DNA of 62,766 nucleotides, filler included, from Bonamia ostreae (GCA_040357525.1; 24 parts of 24 records of this genome joined end to end with filler, not necessarily neighbours in it), one strand, 5' to 3'; positions 1 through 12,497 are shown, counted from the whole stretch's first letter. Notes: generated from the sequence alone by a model not told the origin. Program-made: numbers and translations.

Positions 1-446
1 GATAGCACTTTTTTACCGAGTCCAAATCAGCCGGTTCCGAATTTTGCGAATTTTTGGTCGCAGATTTTTCGTTTTTGTACCGTTTGATAGCGGCTTCCAG
101 ATTCAATAATAACTCTTCTGTTGACCAATGACGTGTATTGCGATTTTTCTTCCATTTGAATTTTTTGTTCTGCGAATCTTCGTTGCTTTCGTCGTCTTCG
201 GAAAAGTAATTGTTCGAGTTCCGTCTGAGGATTTCAGTCTTGAGATTTTTTCAAATTGCAAACTTTTGCTTTTTTTCGTTTTTGGTGTCGGCTGCGACTT
301 TCTGCTCTCGAATTTAGAACTTTTTCTCGTTCGATTTCCGTCAATCTGTTCAGCGCCTCGTAGTCGTCGGAATCTCTGTAAAGTTCGGAATCGTACGAGT
401 CTGAAGAGCTTATTACAATTTCGTCTTCGTTTATCTCGATGTTCAT
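1..446 (-). CDS. RTF1: Rtf1-like (Paf1 complex) N-terminal part, spliced, 3' structure unresolved
   Basis: DSYDSELYRDSDDYEALNRLTEIEREKVLNSR resembles the Rtf1 N-terminal motif (Y-D-x-x-L...L-x-x-L/M-T-E-x-E-R-E); GTTTGC...CAAG intron after KKAK. Confidence 0.5.
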
Positions 447-624
447 TTTCGGGGTTCTTAAGCTTTAATCGATAATACTGCAACTTAGCTTTACTGATAT
501 AATTTCAAATTTTCAAATTATTTTGAATTAATGAAAGCATTATTTTCAAATTATTAAATTATTAATTTTTGTGTTTATATTTATATCAGTAAATTAGCAG
601 TAACAAAATTCGATCGACTGCTTA

Positions 625-2447
625 ATGGATAAGACATCAATGGCGTCGCTTCGAACAAGATTGCCCAATTTTAGAACTGAGGCGAATCCAAGACACATCA
701 GAGGCGGATACAAAACACTTTTGCGAAATTTGAATATCTGCGCTGTTTTGGCTCTGATTTGCTGTATTTTGCCGGCACTGTTCCATCCTGCGGCAATGGC
801 TGCTTACCTCTTTTCGTTGGCCAAGCGATGTTGTTCATACTACAGAACAATTCACTTGTTGCTGTTCACCGTTTTTGCGTTGGCCGCTGTTATGAGACGC
901 GGAAAACGAACATATCTGTTAGACTTCTCTGTTTACAACGGAGAGGACTACATGAAATTGACGAAGAAGCGATTTGACTGGATAATCACACACAACAGTT
1001 GTTCAGAAGAAAGTGCTGAGTTTGCGAAGAGAGTTTATTCAAAATCGCGCATTGGCGACGGAACAATGTTTCCGCCGCAGATAATGGAAAACTTCCCCGC
1101 ACAAATTGACAAGCAAAGCATGGCAGATGCAAAATTTGAGTCGCGAGAAGTAATGTTCAAGTGTGTTAGCGATGTGCTAGAGAAGGCAAAGTTACAGCCG
1201 GTCCAAATTGGTTTCAAAAATTGTAAACGACGAAAGATATTTTGGTTGTGAACTGCTCTTTGTACTGTCCGACTCCTTCGTTGTCCGCGATGGTTTTAAC
1301 GTTCACGAAAAGATTGTGAATCGATTCAAAATGAGAGAAAACATCAAATCCTTCAATCTGGGCGGAATGGGGTGCAGCGCGGGATTGATATCCGTTGATT
1401 TGGCCAGCGATCTGCTCAAAAGCAGCAATTTCAAATACGCTTTAGTCGTGTCCACCGAAAACATAACTATGAACTGGTACAAAGGCAGCAACAAGGTTTC
1501 AAAGAAAACTTTTGACCAGTCGATGCTCATTCCAAACACTCTTTTCCGTGTTGGGGGAGCAGCTTTAATCTTGACCAACGCAAACTGCCGTAATTGCAAA
1601 ATGGAACTTTTGCATCTCGTCAGAACGCATAAAGGAAGAGACGACGCTTGCTTTGACTGCATCTCGCAGGAAGAAGACGACAAAGGGATAATTGGAGTGC
1701 GTCTGAACAAAAACATCTTGAAAGTCGCCGGAAAAGCCCTAAAGACCAACATAACCGTCCTCGCGCCACTGACTTTGCCATGGTTGGAGCAGGCAAAGTA
1801 CATTTTGAACGCATTTGCAAGAGCTTTGTTAGAGCGGAAGGTGTTGAAGAACGCGAATGCGCAGGTTCGAAGAGTTTTTTATTCTTTGGTTGATTTCCTG
1901 CTCGCTAATAAATCGAAGAGGAGCTTTGTTGGTCTCAGTGGATTGGGGCGGAAATTGTGCATGTTGTCAGACGAGGTACTTTTTAAATCGACTCAAAAGG
2001 ACGTTGAAGATAAGACTTACATACCAGACTTTACGAAAGCGTTTGACCATTTTTGTGTTTATAAATTTTATGAGACAGATACACGCGGGTGGGAAGGGGG
2101 TTATAGAAGCCATAGAAGTGAATTTAAAGCTTCCGTTTGATAAAACTAGAGTGTCTTGGAAGGTTTTGGAGAGGTTTATAAAATTTTAAGTTGAGCAAAC
2201 TACAAATTTTAAAAATTTGCAATTTTGCTGAATTTGCGTTAGTTATGGCAACACATCCTCTTCGTCGATTTGGTACCAAATGGATTGCCATTTGAAGGAA
2301 TCTAATGTGAAGACTGGAGACAAAATTTGGCAAATTGGCTTCGGAAGTGGGTTTAAATGGTTTTCAAGAAAAATTTCAATTTTGTAATAATCGAATGACC
2401 AAATTTAAATAAAAAGTAACAGCGCTGTTTGGAAAATGCTTAAATAA
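625..2447 (+). CDS. KCS: FAE1/plant-type 3-ketoacyl-CoA synthase (very-long-chain fatty acid condensing enzyme)
   Basis: After removing introns 1211-1236, 1293-1312, 1496-1519, 2057-2078 and two later ones: N-terminal TM helices, [63 protein letters not shown]. Confidence 0.93.
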
Positions 2448-2539
2448 ATGTTTTTGGTGTGACAATGTTAAATTTTGTCTTTTAAGACAATAAAAGTTTT
2501 GTCTTTTGTTCGACGCTTTTTTCGAAGATATGTCGTCTT

Positions 2540-2639
2540 NNNNNNNNNNNNNNNNNNNNNNNNNNNNNNNNNNNNNNNNNNNNTTAATTAATTAANNNNN
2601 NNNNNNNNNNNNNNNNNNNNNNNNNNNNNNNNNNNNNNN
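2540..2639. other. Artificial contig linker (N44-TTAATTAATTAA-N44), first of 23 identical linkers
   Basis: Same 100-nt block with stops in all six frames recurs every ~2.6 kb; flanking contigs decrease in length. Confidence 0.98.
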
Positions 2640-2861
2640 TAATTTTCGAGTCGTGTTAGATTGATTTGAGCACATAAAAGTCTATTTTTCAAATACGAAA
2701 GAAAGGACTTTATTATTTTACCGACACATTTTTAGTTGATTTTTTTTTCTTTTCTGACAAGGCGATAAAAATTTAAAATAGCAGACAAGTATCAGCCGCC
2801 AGTGATCAGTATTTTTGAGAATCGCACGCACAAAATCTGCAAAAATTTTAACTTTTTTATA

Positions 2862-3530
2862 TCAACCATACAACGTTAAATTTCTCGCTTTTATTGAATT
2901 TTGTAATCGATCTTTGGACTCGCTTTCGCACCCATTAAATCTACAAATATCTTTTTTTATGTTATGCTTTATCGATTCTAAATCTTGATATTGCGAACTT
3001 AACATGCTATCGTCATTGTCTTCAAACGCAAATATTTCTTGGCTAACACAAGCATAAATAGGTAAGTCTTCATCATCGTTTTGCTGATAAAAATATTCAT
3101 TTGTTTGTGGATAAAAGTCTTCATTCATTGACGGATAAACAAATGCATCTTCGTTCATCGATTGGTAAAAAGTTGAGTTTTCGTCCATAATCTGATCGAT
3201 AGAAGAGTCTGTATCGATAGATAAATCAAAAAATTCGCTTTTATCTGTCGACTTTAAAAAAGATTCGTACTCTTCTCTTGTTTGATCGTAATACGTTCTG
3301 TTTGGCGCAAGCAATTCCAGTGAAAAGTACCTTTCTGTATCGAAGCTTTTTGGTATCTCTGCTCGTCTATTATCAAAATTCTCCTCATATTCAGTTAATG
3401 TTTTCGAATAAGGGTGGTCTAAGCAAGTTATGAATTCAGTTCTTTTGTTATCTGACTCAAATATCTCATCTGGATCGCAACCAATATTTTGATCCAAACG
3501 CAATGGATAATATTCAAAACTAGACGACAT
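2862..3530 (-). CDS. Hypothetical acidic protein with short internal SMNED repeats
   Basis: 222-aa ATG ORF in AT-rich DNA, head-to-head with the aldo-keto reductase; 3' end may be spliced. Confidence 0.6.
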   Translation of the reverse strand: MSSSFEYYPLRLDQNIGCDPDEIFESDNKRTEFITCLDHPYSKTLTEYEENFDNRRAEIPKSFDTERYFSLELLAPNRTYYDQTREEYESFLKSTDKSEFFDLSIDTDSSIDQIMDENSTFYQSMNEDAFVYPSMNEDFYPQTNEYFYQQNDDEDLPIYACVSQEIFAFEDNDDSMLSSQYQDLESIKHNIKKDICRFNGCESESKDRLQNSIKARNLTLYG

Positions 3531-3639
3531 TTTTAAATATTATTTTTCGAGATAAATATCAAAATCTATTAGAAGGGAAACATATGCTGCATTTTTTTGT
3601 CGATTTAATTAAGAATTTTAGTACATTTTTTTTGTAAAA

Positions 3640-4864
3640 ATGCGTTATAAAATTTTAGGGCGCACTGGACTAAAAGTTTCAGAGCTATCTTTTGGATGTT
3701 CTGGTTTTGGCGATGTTTATGGAAATGTTTCGCTTGAAACGAGCAATGATTTGGTTTTCAAGCGATTTTTTATTGCTCAAATATGCAATTTAATTTAACA
3801 ATTTTTAAAATTTAACAATTTTGCTTTTTTAAACGCGATTTTTAAAATCTGTTCACACACGATTTTTAAAAGATTGCAAAAGCAGTAGAGAACGGGATAA
3901 ATTATTTTGATACTTCACCTTATTATGGAGCGGGTCGGTCAGAAGAAGTTTTGGGCACCATTTTCCCAAAATTTGAAAGAGAGAAATTAATAATTTCTAG
4001 TAAATGCGGAAGAAGCGGAAAATTGAAGAATGATAACACAATCGAATCCATTTTTAATTTTAGCGCTGAAAGTTTAACAGACAGTATTTACAATAGTCTC
4101 AATGTACTTAACTTGGATTATCTTGACATTGCATTCGTTAAAATTTTTTGCTAATTTTTAATTTTGCAAACTAAATTATTGCAAAAAATCGTTAAATTTT
4201 GATATTTCGTTAAATATTCGTTAAAAAATCGTTAAATTATTGCAAAAAAAAGCTTCACGACATTGAATTTGAAAAATCAAAATCAAAAATTTGCGAAGAG
4301 AGCATTCCAGCTCTGCAAAAACTGAAAGAAAAAGGACTCATTCGCAATATTGGAATTTCTGGGTTCCCCATTGAAATTCTAAATGACTATTTAGTCAATC
4401 CGTCATTAGAAATCGACGTTGTTTTGACATACGGCCATTACTCTCTTCAATCTAATTTGCTCAATAATTACATAAACGAATGGAAGTTTTTTCTGATTTT
4501 CGCAATTTTGCAACAATTGCAATTTTAAAGAGATCGAAATGTGGGAATAATTTGTGCGAGCCCCTTTTCCATGGGACTTTTGACAAACAAAAAACCACCA
4601 AAATGGCATCCTGCTTCAGAAAAATTAAAAAAAGTTAGCGAAGAAGCTCACAGATTTTGCGTTAGAAATGACCAAAATATTTCAAAAACAGCGTTGACTA
4701 AATGCTTAAAAAATGAAAATATTGACACTGTGTTGACTGGTATGTACACAATGAAAGAGTTAGAGGATGCGATAGATGTTGTTGGCAATCCAATTTGCCC
4801 CAAATTTGTCGAAAAAGTGGAAAGTGTGTTCAAAAGAGCCGGAGTTTACAATAAAATGTGGTAG
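3640..4864 (+). CDS. Aldo-keto reductase, L-galactose/D-arabinose dehydrogenase-like
   Basis: Spliced: MRYKILGRTGLKVSELSFG, GINYFDTSPYYG, LDYLDIAF|LHDIEF, GLIRNIGISGFP, ASPFSMGLLT, PPKWHPAS. Confidence 0.85.
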
Positions 4865-6924
4865 CTCTTCAAAATTGATTTTAAAATTATTAATTTAAAA
4901 CTTTGAGATTTAATAACAACAGAAACGACAACGCGATTTTTTCTATTTTTGTAAAAATTTCTTTAAATGTTTGGTACAATCATTTTTTCGATATGTCAAA
5001 ATTTTCCAGTTCCACAAAAAGACCAAAAACTTTTTTTCGAATTGAAAAATTTTTTTTATTCCAATTAGGCGCTAGTCTAACCGAAAACTAAAAACTCTTA
5101 TATTATTTATTTTTCAGTAATTTTGTATTCGTTCATACTTTGAGGAAAACGCCGCATCCCATACCGAATTGCGAAGNNNNNNNNNNNNNNNNNNNNNNNN
5201 NNNNNNNNNNNNNNNNNNNNTTAATTAATTAANNNNNNNNNNNNNNNNNNNNNNNNNNNNNNNNNNNNNNNNNNNNAAAAAAATCAAAAATTCGATTATT
5301 TGAAAAAATTAGCTTTTTGGCCGAATTGGCAAAAAAAATCAAAAATTCGATTATTTAAAAAAATTAGCATTTGTACATCGATAATTGCGAAATCTTCTTT
5401 ATTTTTAAGTTTCACCAACAATCTCGATTTTTGAAGTTCGACGGTGAGATTTTTGGCTCTCGTTTCTTTTGGGAAAGTTAGCGAAACGGCAGTTTCCTAA
5501 TTAAATAACGTTCTTTAAAAACTGAGAGCGTTTGAGTCCAAATATATTTGTCTGTTTTCCCGCCATTTCCGATCGGAGGAACTTCTTTAAACCATTTTTT
5601 AAATTTTGTGATTTTGAAGTAATTTTCATCAAAAAACCGCCAATTTCTTTGTTATTTTCGATTTTTTTTGGTTTTTCAGTTTTGGGTTTTTTTGGTCTTG
5701 ATTTGGAATTGCAAATTTTTGTGTCGTTTGTTTTGTCAAATAATTTTAATAAAATTTTTTGGTTATCCTTTTTATCGTAAAAATCAGTTTTGTTCTTCAA
5801 AAATCCGAAAACTTAATTTTTTCAAATTTTTGTTTTTAATAAAAAATTTGACAAACCTTTTTCGAGAAAAGCGGTTGTTTTGTCGTTGGATTTCGTATCA
5901 TTATAAATCTGTTCTAGCAAATCAATTGACATGTTTTCAACAGAAACCATTTTTAATTATTTTTTGTGAAAAAGTTATATTTAAAATTAATAATATTTGT
6001 TATCGGTTTTAAAAGTTTTTTGATCGATTAAAATTTTAATGGCACTTCAAAACTTGACCGTTTTATTACTAATATATTAATTTTTACTAAAAATAAATAA
6101 AATTTACCAAATCAAAAAAATATTTACCAAAAATAAATGATGAAGCCGATGAAAGAACGATGCAAAATTTTGCAGGAGAATAATAAATGTATTTATGTAC
6201 CTTAATTTTGTATTTATGTACCTTCTAACAAAATTATTCTATTTTGCATTTTCTTCCTATTTTGCTAAAGACGGATTCCAAAAATGCAATCATTTTCATA
6301 AAACTTGAATCGAAAACATTAAAAAATTCTTGTTTGAAATTTGTAGGACCAAAGCAATAATTCCCATTTTAATTAATTGTAACAGTTGAGTTGCGTTGGA
6401 AATAATTTTTTTTAATTAATTGTTTACGGTCCGTTAGAAAAAATATGATTTTAAAAGAAAGCAAACTATATTAAAATCAGACAAAGGCACCTTTGTAGAA
6501 ATAAAAAAAATAAAAGTCGTAAATGAAAAAAATTAAATAATAAATCGAATGAAAAAAAGAAGCCAAAATATGACGTAACGAATAAAAATAGAAATTATTT
6601 TTTAAGATAGAGAATAATCGCATTAGAAAGATGTCAAAATGTACAATTATAGACGATTTGTTTTAATGATCAACAAAACCACTGTAATTAATTGGTACCC
6701 ATTTTTGGAAAATTCGCCGTGATAAATAAGAACTAACAAATATAAAATTGGAAATTTAATTATCGGAACTTAGACATTATAGAAATATTGCTACATCGCA
6801 GAAGAGCAGAGAAGAAACCGTCATTTACCAGATTAAAAAATGTTAGTTTATAAAACATTAAATGAACAAAAACATTTTGGTTTTAGAAAATTAACAAATT
6901 TGTAAAATCGCAAAAATTAAAGTA

Positions 6925-7812
6925 TTAAATAAACGACGGATTTATCGTTATCGCAATAAACAACAAAACATCGATTATCAAACTAACTGTCATCACACGC
7001 GGAGCATTCCCACAAGACTCTCCCTTCAGATCCGTAAAAAACACATTTAAATCTTCACATTTGTTTAGATTCTCCACTTTTTCCGGATAAAAAACTGAAT
7101 CCGGATAAAATTCGTCCATTTTTTCCAATAGCAATTCATAATCGTTTATCAAACCATAAATATATCTGAGCAACGAAAAATCTTCAAAACTTCCTTTCAC
7201 ATCATCGCTATTTTCATCAAGTTCCTTATAAAAGTCCGAAGAATTGTATTTTGTTTTATCGAATTCCGGACTTTTATTTATATCGTCGAATTCGATAAAA
7301 AAATCTAAGATATTTCGGATTTTTTTGATCAATCGTCTAAATTCTTGTACACTATTAAATATTCTGTAGTACAAATCCAAAAATTTTTTTTCGTCGATAT
7401 TCAAAAGCGGAAGAGTGGCACCGAGAAAAGTGCCTTTTTCTTCAAACACACATTTTTTAATAATAGAGTCGATCATCAATTCGTTTATTAGTTTACTGTC
7501 GTAATTGATTTTTTTTAAATGACTGAAACAGCCCTTTCTATCAAAAATAGCGTAAGATCTTTTGTAAACATATCGAAGGGAGTCCAAATTGGTTTCAAAG
7601 TTATTAACAAATTTGCAGATTGAAGTATTATTCAAAACAATGTAAAATTTGCAGATCGAAATAATGGTCACCATTGAACACAGAAAAGAGGTCGCCAAAA
7701 AAATTTTTCGAAAATTTTGGAATTTTCTTTTTCTTTTGATAAAAATTGAGAGAGTTGTAACAACGAAAAGAACTATTCCGTAATTCAATAAAGTAAAAGT
7801 GATAAATAAAGG
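6925..7812 (-). CDS. Hypothetical membrane protein, 5'-truncated by contig end
   Basis: 287-aa open frame with hydrophobic segments at both ends and a Cys-containing middle region. Confidence 0.55.
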   Translation of the reverse strand, partial: PLFITFTLLNYGIVLFVVTTLSIFIKRKRKFQNFRKIFLATSFLCSMVTIISICKFYIVLNNTSICKFVNNFETNLDSLRYVYKRSYAIFDRKGCFSHLKKINYDSKLINELMIDSIIKKCVFEEKGTFLGATLPLLNIDEKKFLDLYYRIFNSVQEFRRLIKKIRNILDFFIEFDDINKSPEFDKTKYNSSDFYKELDENSDDVKGSFEDFSLLRYIYGLINDYELLLEKMDEFYPDSVFYPEKVENLNKCEDLNVFFTDLKGESCGNAPRVMTVSLIIDVLLFIAITINPSFI

Positions 7813-7912
7813 NNNNNNNNNNNNNNNNNNNNNNNNNNNNNNNNNNNNNNNNNNNNTTAATTAATTAANNNNNNNNNNNNNNNNNNNNNNNNNNNNNNNN
7901 NNNNNNNNNNNN

Positions 7913-8093
7913 CTATTATAAAAATTGATAAAACATCAACGACATTTCTTTTTTGCTTGATAGACCTTTTCTTTTGGAGCACTTTCAAGACAATACATAA
8001 ATTCATTGTAAAAATTAACGCAGAGCTTATAATGGTCAAAATCATCCCAACGAACAAAAACGAAAAACCGATTAAATAATCTTCGACTATCAT
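7913..8093 (-). CDS. Hypothetical membrane protein, N-terminal fragment
   Basis: ATG ORF with a long hydrophobic helix running into the linker. Confidence 0.4.
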
Positions 8094-8320
8094 TTCCAGA
8101 AATGATTTTTTTTATTTTGAAGTTTCGGATGTTAAATAAAAATAATTTTTCGTCTCGAGAAGGTAAAATAGTTTTGAAGTGTCAATAAAACAACAACCAA
8201 TATTAATTTTTTTTATAAAAATGACAACTAAAGAAAATATGAATGGCTTCACTGCTATAAAATTTTTATCCAAAACTGTTTTAAATATTATTTGTAAAAG
8301 ACATTTTTACACTGAATCGT

Positions 8321-10013
8321 TTAATATCTAAGAAACAGTTTCATATCAACGAATTTTCTGTGATACAAATCAAGATCAGCCAATTTAATATCGTAAAGAT
8401 ACGCTTTGTTAATCAAATCATTGACTTCCGATGCTTCGACATTTATTTTTTTCAAAAATTGTATTGCATGGTCAAAATGCAAAGTTAAAAGTCTATTTTG
8501 GTTCTTGGCTAACAAAGCTAAAGAAATGGCGTGCAAAAAAGGCCAGCCATCGATCAAAAACAAATCCCAAATACGTTCTGAAAAGTAATCTGGGAAATTA
8601 TAAGTAAAAAGCGTCAAGTACCATTCTGACGCAAACATTCCTATCTTTATGTTTATTCGCCGCTTTTTTGTTATAAAAAATTCAAAAAAAATTTGTTTGC
8701 AAAAATTTCACAAATTCAAAGAAGACAAGCTTAACAATTTGCAATAAATTATTTATCAATGGATTCAATTCGTAAACTACAAATCTTCGAAAACGAAGCG
8801 TCGCCCATTAAAACACAAATTTAAAAGATTTAAATTTCCTCGTTTTCGAAGATGTGTCGTTTTCAAATCGCGTCCATTGATAAATAATTTATTGCAATCT
8901 GACCTGTAATGGCCAAAATACAAAAACAAAGCGTTTCCACGCTCAAAAAGGATGAAATGGAAAGTGGAGAGATCAAATTTTTATTGACTAAAAATCCCCC
9001 AAAAATAAAACAAATTTTCTGTACAACTGCGGCAAATATTTCTTTATAAAGCATTCGAGCTGATAAAGGCTTAATTTGAGCCTCGGCAAATGCTTGAAAT
9101 AATTGGAACGCAAATCGTACTCGAACATCAGCGTCTTCAACAGCAAAAACGAGTCCTATAATTGTTTTGTTTTGAACCTCATCGTCCAAGATTCGGATAA
9201 TCTGTCCGACCAGAAAATTCATTCCTTGGACATAGCCGACTCTGTCGTCCATTTCACAGTATTTAAGGAGGACCCTCTTCAGACTTTGCTCTCTGAAACT
9301 TAAATTTTAGAACCTTCTTTTGTTGCTCTCTTCATTGAAATCGACTCGTAAAGTTCTCTGTAAATATTTAATATAACCGAAATGTCTTTTTCTATTTCAC
9401 GGCGTCTCGTCTCTTGTTCCTGGTTTGTTTCTTCCCGAAGTTGTTTGTTCTCAGAAAATTGTGTCTTTTTTTGACAAAAAAACTTCGAATGTTCCCCTTT
9501 CTTTAAAGTTGGATATGATCAGCCAATAATTTTTTCTGTGCTCCTTCTTGAACCCGCGCATCGCGCACTTGCGGAGAAAGTCTCTACAAATTTGGCAAAG
9601 TTACTTGCTTTTGAGAAAATGGTCTAAAAAGCTTTTCCACGATTTGCTCACTTCTTTAATTCTGCAAAGATCTGATATGTCGCAGTATCCAAAAATGCTC
9701 TGGAAAACTTCTTTTGGCAGGAAATTTTCAAGTCTGCCCAATGAACTTAAATTGGATTTGGAAACGTTTTTCCAGTGTAGTCCTCGATGGAAAGGCCTTC
9801 GTTTATTATAAACGAATTCAATTGACAACACATCAAAATGGCGTTAAAATTTTTGGTTTTGCTCATTGCCGATTCTTTTTTGATTTGCTCCTGTTCTCTC
9901 CTCTTTTTCCGCTCTGCTTCGTCTTCGCCGTTGTTGATCGAGCGCGATAAGCGATAGGCGGCATAACTGACAACGACTCCTGCAATTCCAAGCGTGTATA
10001 TAAAGTTTCTCAT
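8321..10013 (-). CDS. TBC-domain Rab GTPase-activating protein with N-terminal TM segment and F-box-like motif
   Basis: Spliced model: IEKDIS|RT (Arg finger), VGYVQGMNF (Gln finger), FASEWYLTLF, RIWDLFLIDGW; upstream LPKEVFQSIFGYCDISDLCRIKEVSKSWK. Confidence 0.8.
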
Positions 10014-10096
10014 TTCGATTTCGATTTCGATTACGATTCTTAATATATTTGAGTATAGCTTTAATGGACTTAATATAGCTTTAAAACATAATAAAT

Positions 10097-10448
10097 TTAA
10101 TGGATCTTTCTGACACAGTCATTTTTAAGTTCCAGTTTATCGGAAGATCTAATCGCCTTTTATTTATGTTTGTCAACTTTTTTTATTGATTTGAGTGGAT
10201 ACCCGATGAGTTTGTTGTTCAAGAGATATGAAATGGGCAAGAATCCGTCTTTGTCGATATGACTTTTCATGTCGGAATCTGTGAACAAATTTAAGTCTGA
10301 TAGCCATGATTCGATTTTGTCCCGAAGAGGCATTACATAAACAACGGACAAAAAAGGCGAATCTTCGCTTTCGCCGGAATTTCTAAAAAAAGGGAAAAAC
10401 TTTTTCTCTGGTTTAAGAGTGTTTGGATTTTTTCTGGTCTCCATTCGA
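10097..10448 (-). CDS. La-motif (La-HTH) domain protein, C-terminal part
   Basis: LRDKIESWLSDLNLFTDSDMKSHIDKDGFLPISYL matches the La motif; a micro-intron leads to AIRSSDKLELKNDCVRK. Confidence 0.65.
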
Positions 10449-10563
10449 NNNNNNNNNNNNNNNNNNNNNNNNNNNNNNNNNNNNNNNNNNNNTTAATTAA
10501 TTAANNNNNNNNNNNNNNNNNNNNNNNNNNNNNNNNNNNNNNNNNNNNTTAAAAAAAACAAAC

Positions 10564-10958
10564 ATGCTTGGCACAGGACTATCTACGAATACAGACAAAA
10601 ACAACAAACCGTTGATTCTTGGCGGAAAGAAGCAAGAGTGGAAGTATGGACTTTGTTCGTGCTGCGCTGACCCTCTTGCAAGTTTTCTGTTTTATAAAAA
10701 GCTCTTTCTGCTTGCTTTTTCCCTTGTTTCATCCAAGGAAAAACTTATGCGCTTGCGTCTCAAAACGATACAGCGACGGTTTATATTGTTGTGTTCCTTC
10801 TAGTCGATCTTCTTGGTTTAGGGCTTTGTGGGAACTTGTATCTCAGAATCAAAGTTAGAGAAGAAAATGAGATCAGAGGAAGCGGTTGTGACGATTTCTG
10901 CGTGTCCCTTTGCTGTGGGCCTTGCGCGCTAGTTCAAACTTACAGAGAATTGTTATAA
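10564..10958 (+). CDS. PLAC8 / cysteine-rich family protein
   Basis: WKYGLCSCCAD, CFFPCFIQG, LRIKVREENEIRGSGCDDFCVSLCCGPCALVQTYREL after removing introns (e.g. 10682-10701). Confidence 0.85.
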
Positions 10959-11450
10959 ATCTTGATCAACTCTTGTCTTTATTTTTGTCTTTTTCTTCAA
11001 AACTTTGCTGAGATAATATTTTCCTTCAAAACTTTGGCAGACGATGTTTTTTGAAGACGATTATTTTTGTCTTTTTCAAGGCGACAATATTCTCTGCCAA
11101 AACATCGGTGCCAAAGATAACTGCCAAATCTCGGCAATATTACCGGTCCCAATCACTGCTTCTACTAAATTTGACGTGGAAAGACTTAATGATAGATGGA
11201 GCATTTATCAAAGTGACCGAGAACAACAAACGGATTCCCAAATTCCAAAATATTTGAGGAAATATAAAAGTGCATTAAAAATTTTTATTTGGAATTAAAA
11301 ATTTTTGAGTCGTCGTTTTTTTTAGTCAAAAGAGCAGAGAAGATTTAAAGAAGCAAAAAAAGTAATTTTTGAGAGTTAAAAAATTTTATAACGAAAAGTT
11401 GAAAAAAGCATTGGAGACTTCAAAGTTTTTATATTTTATTTTGCAATTGA

Positions 11451-12110
11451 TTACAAGGCGTTGTTTGAATTCATCGGGTGGAACTGATTGGGACCTGGCG
11501 GTGCTTGTCTCATCTGCACGTTGACGTTTGAATTCGACTGTGGATAATTTGGATTTGCAAACTGACGCCGTCCCATCTGCTGTTGCCCCATCTGCTGTTG
11601 TCCTGCTGGCGCGAACTGATAAGCAGCTTCGTTGGAATAATTTTGCGCCATCGCTTGTGGATTGTAAGGTGGTCTGTACATCTGATTAACGCCGAGAGGA
11701 GGCTGTCGATTCTGTTGAACATTCGGATTGAAAGGTTGAATTGGCTGAGAAGGACCGTATTTTTGCGTGTTTAGCGGGTTGTTTTGAGGGTAACCAGAAG
11801 GATATTTTTGTTTTTTGTTCTTCATGTGCGGCTGCGCGTTCGGTTGTGGGAATGGCTGATTGTTGGCGACCGGATATCCTTGAGTCGGCGGGAAAGCCCC
11901 GTGTTGTTGGTTGTAGTCTTGATGGGGAGGAGGAATGTATCCTTGCGTATAAGCAGGATTGTAGCCAGGAGGATATTGCTGGTTGTGCATCTGTTGCTTC
12001 ATCATCTTTTTCTGCATTTTCATCTGCTTCTTCTGTTGCTTCTTCAACTCTTTCTTGTCGTAATAACCCCCCGTCAGTTCATTGACTATATGTTTTTTTA
12101 ACTTGCCCAT
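11451..12110 (-). CDS. Gln/Pro/Asn-rich low-complexity protein
   Basis: 219-aa intronless ATG ORF, K/Q/M-rich N-terminus then YPP/QQ repeats. Confidence 0.7.
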   Translation of the reverse strand: MGKLKKHIVNELTGGYYDKKELKKQQKKQMKMQKKMMKQQMHNQQYPPGYNPAYTQGYIPPPHQDYNQQHGAFPPTQGYPVANNQPFPQPNAQPHMKNKKQKYPSGYPQNNPLNTQKYGPSQPIQPFNPNVQQNRQPPLGVNQMYRPPYNPQAMAQNYSNEAAYQFAPAGQQQMGQQQMGRRQFANPNYPQSNSNVNVQMRQAPPGPNQFHPMNSNNAL

Positions 12111-12497
12111 TAAAATTGATATATTGATAATATAAGCTCTGCTCGATATATTGATATATCAAATATATTGATATTTACTGTAACACCGATTTTGAGCTTT
12201 AAATCTGCATAATTTAACATTTTGTATATCCGAATATAAATGCAGACATCGGTAATTGTCATCATTCTAAACACAAATTTCATTTTTTAGTTTAAAGTCC
12301 CGAACGACATGTCTTCGAAAGCGAAGCGTCGAACGGTCATTAATTTCGGGAACGGTCATTTTTAAATGGGTTGTCGTCTTTCAATTCCCGCATTGTTTGA
12401 AAACAGATAAACAATGTCACTATTTTCTGAAAACGGAAATTAAAAAAAAAATTACAAACCGCTTTTTTTTACTTCTAATCTGCTAAAATCAGTCAAA

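Noticed and set aside
11044-11298. 84-aa ORF after the PLAC8 gene
   Set aside because: No motif, overlaps low-complexity duplicated sequence; not enough support.
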